DNA of 64,000 nucleotides from an uncultured delta proteobacterium. Lineage in GTDB: Bacteria > Desulfobacterota > Syntrophobacteria > Syntrophobacterales > Syntrophobacteraceae. Position 1 is the first letter of the stretch, and each line of letters starts with the position of its first letter. Where the stretch lies: assembly GCA_963808625.1 (NCBI GenBank), contig CAWEHK010000017.1:46435-110434 (forward strand). The letters are read 5' to 3'. Positions 58,482-64,000 of this stretch are shown here, in pieces. The translations under genes were made by a program, and so were the position numbers. The notes under the pieces are model-generated. The model ran no database searches. It was not told where the DNA came from and saw only the letters and a list, made by a program, of their open reading frames with translations.

Positions 58482-59073
58482 TTAGGTTTTTACCTGATCA
58501 GGGTCCGGATGCTGTCTCCACAGTCTCAGATGACGGAGGATGCGCGCTATTACGTCCGGTTCATGAGGTTGATGATCTTCATTTCGTAGCCGCATCGGGG
58601 GCAGCTGAGAGGGTCCTCTTCCCAAATACCCGCCTTCGCGGGCACAAGCCTTCGTTATGAGCTCCCACCAGGTCATGGACGGTACTCGCCGAAGTTGGTG
58701 CTCGGACCTATCAAGCACGGTCGCCTCGGGATGGCCCTCGGGAGACGCCGGCTCATCACCGGGCCTGAAGACCCCTGCCTTGATTCTTTCTCCCCTGCTT
58801 CTGCTTGAGTACCAGCCATAGTACCTGACCATCTGGAAACTTTTGTCAGGAATATGCTGAGTAATGGCGGCGATGAATTCCTCGACGGAGGAGACCTCGA
58901 AGTTCTTCTTGGATAAGCACATCGGTTATTCTGCCTTCAGCCTTGAGCATGGCCAGGACTTTGGAGCGGAAGATCTTTTCCAACTCCTTCAGGTCCCTTT
59001 TGGGCAGGCAATAAAAGGTCCCGTTCGGTCTAAAGAGCCCATCGGCGACAATGGCATGAAGATGGGGATGAAA
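58482..59073 (-). mobile_element. IS91-family transposase fragment (internally deleted)
   Basis: FHPHLHAIVADG, EFIAAITQHIPDKSFQMVRYYGWYS, C-terminal CPRC. Confidence 0.85.
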
Positions 59074-59306
59074 AAAGAAACAACGCAATGCAGAAGCTCT
59101 CGCTCGATATAGTTATGACAGTTGAGGTAACAGGTCGTTTGAAATGGAAGGAAAGAGGCCACACGCACACACATGGCTCCCAGCTTTTCGTCACGAAGGC
59201 AGAAGCAGTAATGGGTAAAGCGGCTGCGACTCTTCTTCACGATTCGATCAAAACAGAGGTATACGAAAGTCATCATCGATCCGAACAGTTGCATCAAGGT
59301 TTCCAT
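59074..59306 (-). pseudogene. Fragment of an unclassified transposase-like gene
   Basis: MTFVYLCFDRIV...HYCFCLRDEKLGAMCVRVASFLPFQTTCYLNCH resembles an IS-associated ORF family (recognised by eye); has a GGAGG Shine-Dalgarno. Confidence 0.45.
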
Positions 59307-59442
59307 CGGTTGTTCCTCCTTCTGATTTGTTCGTCAAAACACTCTTTGGAAGAACGACCGATAGCATGGTGAGACCCATGCGGGGGTGCGGGCTGGCGTA
59401 GAAAGAGTGTTGCATGCAGCAGAAGCGTTGCGTTCCTTTCAA

Positions 59443-59499
59443 TTCGCATGTTACACGACAGGTGCTACTCAAAAAACCTCAAAAAGCGATTTCTTGTCA
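59443..59499 (+). promoter_or_regulatory. Copy of the dispersed ~57-bp element
   Basis: TTCGCATGTTACACGACAGGTGCTACTCAAAAAACCTCAAAAAGCGATTTCTTGTCA. Confidence 0.55.
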
Positions 59500-59543
59500 C
59501 CTCACCCAGCACCCCACGTTATACCTCACCTCACCCATTCTTA

Positions 59544-61181
59544 CTACCAGTCGGGTGCGCGGATCAAACTCCCCGGGGGTTCCGGAGCCGATGGCTCGAC
59601 CGCCGCCGGGGTCAAAAGATTGCCCCAGTCAGTACGTTCCTTCATGGTCTCCTTGATTTCAGCCGGGATGAAGTCGTGTCCCTCGCGAATCTCCCAGCCG
59701 CCTCCAAGCGCCCGATATATCGATATCAAGCCCTGTGGCACGGCGCCCTGACTGTTGGCCAGACTATTCTGGTATCTGAGTAAATTCTGCTGAGCAGTGA
59801 GCACCGTCGTGTAATCAGTTATGCCCTCCGAGTATTGAATCGTCGCCAGATAGACGCTTTGTTTCGCCGCCTTGGCGGCCTCCGTGAGTGAGCCGACCTC
59901 TCCCTGGGCATTGAGGAAAGATACCAGGCCGTTTTCCACTTCCTGCTGGGCCTGGAGCACGGTGTTCTGGTAACTGACAAGCGCTTCCTGGAACTTGGCG
60001 TCCTGAAACCTGACCTGGTTCGTAATCTGGCCGTAATTGAGCACATTCCACTGGAAGGCGGGTCCGATGGAACCGGTTCTACTCTTCCATGAAGTCAGGT
60101 CGCCCAACTGAAACTGGCCGACATCGCTGGCGAGGAATCCGAAATTGCCCGACAAGGAAAACGCCGGATAAAGGTCTGCCTTGGCCACACCGATTTGTGC
60201 GCACTGGGCCACCGCCAGGTATTCCGCCCTGCGAATGTCGGGGCGCCGACGCAAAAGGTCGGCGGGAATGCCAACCGCCACCTGAGATGGCACCGCAGGA
60301 ATCCCGGAAGTGGCGGAGAGCACATCCTCCAGGTGGCTTGGCGGCAACCCGAGCAGAGTGCACAAGGCATTCTTTGCCTGCCTCAGTTGGGTATCCAACT
60401 GGAAAACACTGGCCTCGGTGTTCTTCAATTCGGCCAAGGCCTGCTGAACGTCGCGCTCGCTGGTGACGCCGCCCTCAAAGCGAGCCCGGGCAATGTTCAG
60501 ACTTTCCTTCTGGATTTCCACGTTTTCTTTGGCAATTTGGACAAGGGCTTCGAGGGTGCGAATCAGGACATAGGTGCTCGAGACATCACCGGTCAGGGTC
60601 ACCAGCACGCTATCGTAGGCGGCGACGGAACTGACCAGACTGGCGTCGGCAGACTCTATGGCGCGTCGAAACTTGCCCCAAAAATCAAGCTCCCAGCCTG
60701 CCCCGACACCCACTTGGGCCTGCATGTAGGAAAAACCGACGCCGCTGCTGATTCCTGGCTGGGGAGCTACAGGTGAGGTCTCGCTGATCCGGTTGAAATT
60801 CGTTGATCCGAGTGCCTGCTGTGCTTGTGGGTAGAATCCCCCGATGGCGATGCCAAGCTGTGCCCGTGCTTGAAAGACGCGGATGCCGGCGATCCGGAGC
60901 GGCAGGTTCTGCCGGTAAGCGGTCTGGACGAGGTTTTCCAGGACCGGATCGTTAAAGGCTTTCCACCATTCACGGTAAATCGCCGATGCCGTTTCAACGC
61001 GATGGTCATCGGCTTCCAGCCATTGATCCGAAACCTTCGAAGAGGGCCGCAGGAAATCCGGTCCGACCATCGTGCAACCGGTGAAGAGCGTGACAGGGAG
61101 AAGAAGAGCCGGCCAGAGCCTCAAAAATCGCCAGAAACGGGCAAGTACCGGAACGAGTATTGCTTTAGGGACATCACCCAT
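59544..61181 (-). CDS. RND outer-membrane lipoprotein (NodT/TolC family)
   Basis: FTGCTMVGPDF lipobox, WELDFWG, PADLLRRRPDIRRAE, YRALGGGW. Confidence 0.93.
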   Translation of the reverse strand: MGDVPKAILVPVLARFWRFLRLWPALLLPVTLFTGCTMVGPDFLRPSSKVSDQWLEADDHRVETASAIYREWWKAFNDPVLENLVQTAYRQNLPLRIAGIRVFQARAQLGIAIGGFYPQAQQALGSTNFNRISETSPVAPQPGISSGVGFSYMQAQVGVGAGWELDFWGKFRRAIESADASLVSSVAAYDSVLVTLTGDVSSTYVLIRTLEALVQIAKENVEIQKESLNIARARFEGGVTSERDVQQALAELKNTEASVFQLDTQLRQAKNALCTLLGLPPSHLEDVLSATSGIPAVPSQVAVGIPADLLRRRPDIRRAEYLAVAQCAQIGVAKADLYPAFSLSGNFGFLASDVGQFQLGDLTSWKSRTGSIGPAFQWNVLNYGQITNQVRFQDAKFQEALVSYQNTVLQAQQEVENGLVSFLNAQGEVGSLTEAAKAAKQSVYLATIQYSEGITDYTTVLTAQQNLLRYQNSLANSQGAVPQGLISIYRALGGGWEIREGHDFIPAEIKETMKERTDWGNLLTPAAVEPSAPEPPGSLIRAPDW

Positions 61182-61375
61182 CTATTCCTCCTCCGAAAGA
61201 TCAAAACAGAAGCGGCTTCCCTGCAGATGTCGCGGGCTGACCCTTGCCTTTTGGGAGCGCTGGAAAAAGTAAGCAAGACCTGAAAACAAGCCCAACCTAT
61301 ACTTTATTTTCGTACAAAGATAAAAGAATAAATTTCGCGGTTAAACCCTTATCAATCATGAACAAGGAGGTCGTC

Positions 61376-61495
61376 ATGAAGAGCAAATGGTTCCCCAATT
61401 TTTTCGCTTCACTCCTGGTGCTGCTGATGTCCGCCTCCGAGTCTGCGGCTGGCAAGCCGGTGACGATCGGTTTCGTCTGCATCTTAGAAATTTGA
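61376..61495 (+). pseudogene. Truncated exported-protein gene (signal peptide plus KPVTIGFV; BMP/ABC binding protein-like)
   Basis: AAGGAGG Shine-Dalgarno and signal peptide; stops just before the dispersed element at 61509. Confidence 0.4.
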
Positions 61496-61508
61496 AACAC
61501 AGATGTTT

Positions 61509-61565
61509 TTGACAGCATCCAGGAAAGATGCTATCCAAAGACCCTCGAAAAGCGATTTCTTATTG
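61509..61565 (+). promoter_or_regulatory. Copy of the dispersed ~57-bp element, upstream of pepA
   Basis: TTGACAGCATCCAGGAAAGATGCTATCCAAAGACCCTCGAAAAGCGATTTCTTATTG. Confidence 0.6.
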
Positions 61566-61763
61566 CCTTTCTTATTGCCTTTCAACCTGGACCGGATCAT
61601 CCCGGCGCGATGCCCAAGTAGTGGATATTGGCGCCAATCTTCGCGCCGCTGCTGGTGGCTTGGCAACTGCTCGGCCTGCCTTGGGGAATCCGAGCTTCGC
61701 GCGCGCGGAGCCTCGGCCCCGGCATTGAGTGACAAAATTTAAAACCTAGCACGGAGCAAAGTC

Positions 61764-63255
61764 ATGGAAATCACTCTTTCAAATTCCGCACCTGCAACGT
61801 TGAAGACCGGGGTGCTTGTCGTCGGCGCTTTTGCCGACGGCTTGCCGGCACCGGCGGCCCAGCTGGTGGACGAGGCCCTGGGCGGCATGCTTTCCGCGGC
61901 GATCAAGCGCGGCGACCTCGGCGAAAAGGCCGGCTCGATCTTGTTGTTTCCGGGTCCGGCCAGGGGCGGCCGCCGAGCGCGTGCTGCTGGTCAGCGTCGG
62001 CAAGCGCTCAGACATCGGCGACAAGGCGTTTCGGCAGGCGCTTGCCGCAACCGCACAGGCACTTGCCGACGGTGCGGCGAAAAGCGCCGTAGTGACGCTG
62101 GCCACCATCGATTTGCCTGACCGACCGCTGGCCTGGCGTGTGCAGCAGGCGGCGCGACTGCTTACCGACGGCGCCTATAAGTTCGACGCCCCGCGCGAGA
62201 AGAAGCTGCCGGAACGCGGCGCCAACGCGGTGACGCTGACGCTGACCACCGCAGCGACAGCCGAGTTGGAGACGGCGGTTGCCCAAGGGCTGGCAATTGC
62301 GGAGGGGGTCGCGCTCACCAAGGACCTCGGCAATCTGGGCGGCAACGTCTGCAATCCGGCCTACATGGCGGAGACCGCGCAGGCGCTGGCCCAGGAGTTC
62401 GGCTTCGAGGTCGAGGTGTTGGAGCGCGAAGACATGGCCACGCTTGGCATGGGCTCCGCACTGTCGGTCGGCCGGGCCTCCTACTCGCCCTGCAAGTTCA
62501 TTGTCATGAACTACCGCGGCGGCGGCACGGTCAAGCCGATCGTGCTGGTCGGCAAGGGCATGACCTTCGACAGCGGCGGCATTTCGCTCAAGCCGGGCGC
62601 CGGCATGGATGAGATGAAGTACGACATGTGCGGCGGCGGCACCGTTATCGGCGCCTTCAAAGCGGTGGCCCGGCTGGGTCTGCCGATCAATCTGGTCGGT
62701 CTGGTGATGGCGGTGGAGAACATGCCGGGCGGAAACGCCAGCCGGCCCGGCGACGTGGTGCGGTCGATGGCCGGCATCACCATCGAAATTCTCAACACTG
62801 ACGCCGAGGGGCGGCTGGTCCTGTGCGACGCGCTCACCTATGCCGAGCGCTTCGACCCGGCCTGCGTGATCGACGTCGCGACTTTGACCGGCGCCTGTGT
62901 GATCGCGCTCGGCGCTCATGCCAGCGGTCTGTTCGCCAATGACGATATGCTCGCCGCCGAGTTGCTGGCGGCCGGAATGAGCTCCGGCGACCGCGCGTGG
63001 CAGATGCCGATTTGGGACGACTATCAAGCCCAGTTGAAGACCAATTTCGCAGACATAAGCAACCTCGGCGGGCCGGCGGCGGGCTCGATCACCGCCGCCT
63101 TGTTCCTCAGCCACTTCGCCAAAAAATACAAGTGGGCGCACCTGGATATCGCGGGCACGTCGTCGGTCTCGGGCGAGGCCAAGGGCGCGACCGGCCGCCC
63201 GGTGCCCTTGCTGGTGGATTTCCTGCTCAACCGCGCCGCAGCTGCCGCGGGCTAG
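61764..63255 (+). CDS. pepA: Leucyl aminopeptidase, M17 family (frameshift near 61950)
   Basis: LVGKGMTFDSGGISLK, MKYDMCG, NTDAEGRLVLCD, WAHLDIAGT, GATGRPVPLL. Confidence 0.95.
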
Positions 63256-63280
63256 GGAAGGCAAAATCCAACCGTCGCCG

Positions 63281-63648
63281 ATTCAGGCAGGCGCTCAAGG
63301 CCTTGGCCCCCAAGACCACGATCGACGTTTCCTCCAACGACAGGGCCTTGCCGGCAAGCCGCCATCTCAATCGGGGACGACGGATTGGCGAAAGCACCTT
63401 GAGACCGCGCCGGTGGAAGAGGCCGTGCGCGTCGTGGACCATGATCCGGACAGCGATGAGGTCACCGTGGTGGATGTGACACTGGTGAACCGGACGCGCA
63501 ATTTCACAATTTCAGCCTCGAAACACCGGAGTCTTTCGACGATTTATACCTGCGGCTTACCAACACCGAAACCCCTCGGAGCCGGATGATCTGTGCGGTC
63601 CAAGCCCCCAATGGCACGGTCTACTGGATCCTGACGCAAGGCCGCTGA
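63281..63648 (+). pseudogene. Diverged duplicate of the 3' third of the DUF900 hydrolase gene (43804-44173)
   Basis: Near-identical nucleotides (ATTCAGGCAGGCGCTCAA ... GTCTACTGGATCCTGACGC) with substitutions and indels. Confidence 0.9.
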
Positions 63649-63713
63649 ACGGGGGAGGGACAGCGGTAAACAACCTGCCGTCTCGTTTCTTGCGCGGGGA
63701 TGTCCATTTGACC

Positions 63714-63813
63714 GTATAGGAATTTGCATTTTTTCTTAACCACGAAGGACACGAAGATCACGAAGAAGAGCACAGGGATTATTGTGAAAGCATTCCTTCG
63801 TGCTCTTCATGGT
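63714..63813. repeat. Duplicate of 51178-51285, including the AACCACGAAG-type inverted-repeat element
   Basis: GTATAGGAATTTGC...AACCACGAAGGACACGAAGATCACGAAGAAGAGCACAG.GATTATTGTGAAAGCATTCCTTC in both copies. Confidence 0.85.
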
Positions 63814-64000
63814 GAGTTGTTTGATTAAAGTTCGCCCACAGGGCCCTAAGTTCAGGCACGGGTGCCGGCGTGGATGGCTAGCACCGCCATGGCTATGGAA
63901 ACGACAGCACGGGATGGTCCACACCCGGAGGGCAAGGCGTTCGGGTAATCCCGCCCAAGCAATGGAAAAACATAAGCCTTGCCTATTGTCATATTTATTC

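Noticed and set aside
61764..63255. Functional link between pepA and carAB, as in E. coli CarP regulation
   Set aside because: The genes are about 36 kb apart in different blocks and the sequence shows no evidence of a link.
63281..63648. DGR template/variable repeat pair with 43804-44173
   Set aside because: The differences are not confined to adenines, include indels, and no RT is present.

Overview
GC-rich bacterial DNA whose gene content resembles Desulfobacterota/Syntrophobacter (inference). Single-base frameshifts occur even in carA and carB, so most broken ORFs are probably long-read consensus errors. The window has three blocks. (1) 1-21.5 kb, minus strand: a BREX defence locus, brxE-brxA-brxB-brxC-pglX-[TA/Uma2 cassette]-pglZ-brxL, followed by an uncharacterised 512-aa gene and a large PLD-family gene that runs off the window; a type I RM hsdM relic lies upstream. 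(2) 21.6-33.3 kb: housekeeping genes carA-carB-[four-helix-bundle gene]-purF-kdsD-M48 peptidase, then DUF2333, queD and a tRNA-Met(CAT). (3) 33.3-64 kb: an accessory island with a sulfatase and its maturase, tandem marC, several transporters, peptidases, an RND pump and mobile-element debris. Four observations stand out. A four-helix-bundle gene is bracketed by mutually inverted heptamer arrays, and the downstream array is translated inside the PurF propeptide. A family of inverted repeats with a 9-nt period occurs both empty and carrying a GxxExxY relic. A conserved ~57-bp promoter-like element is dispersed five times through the island. The BREX locus is a hybrid with an added PLD module and a relic duplicate of the pglZ start.
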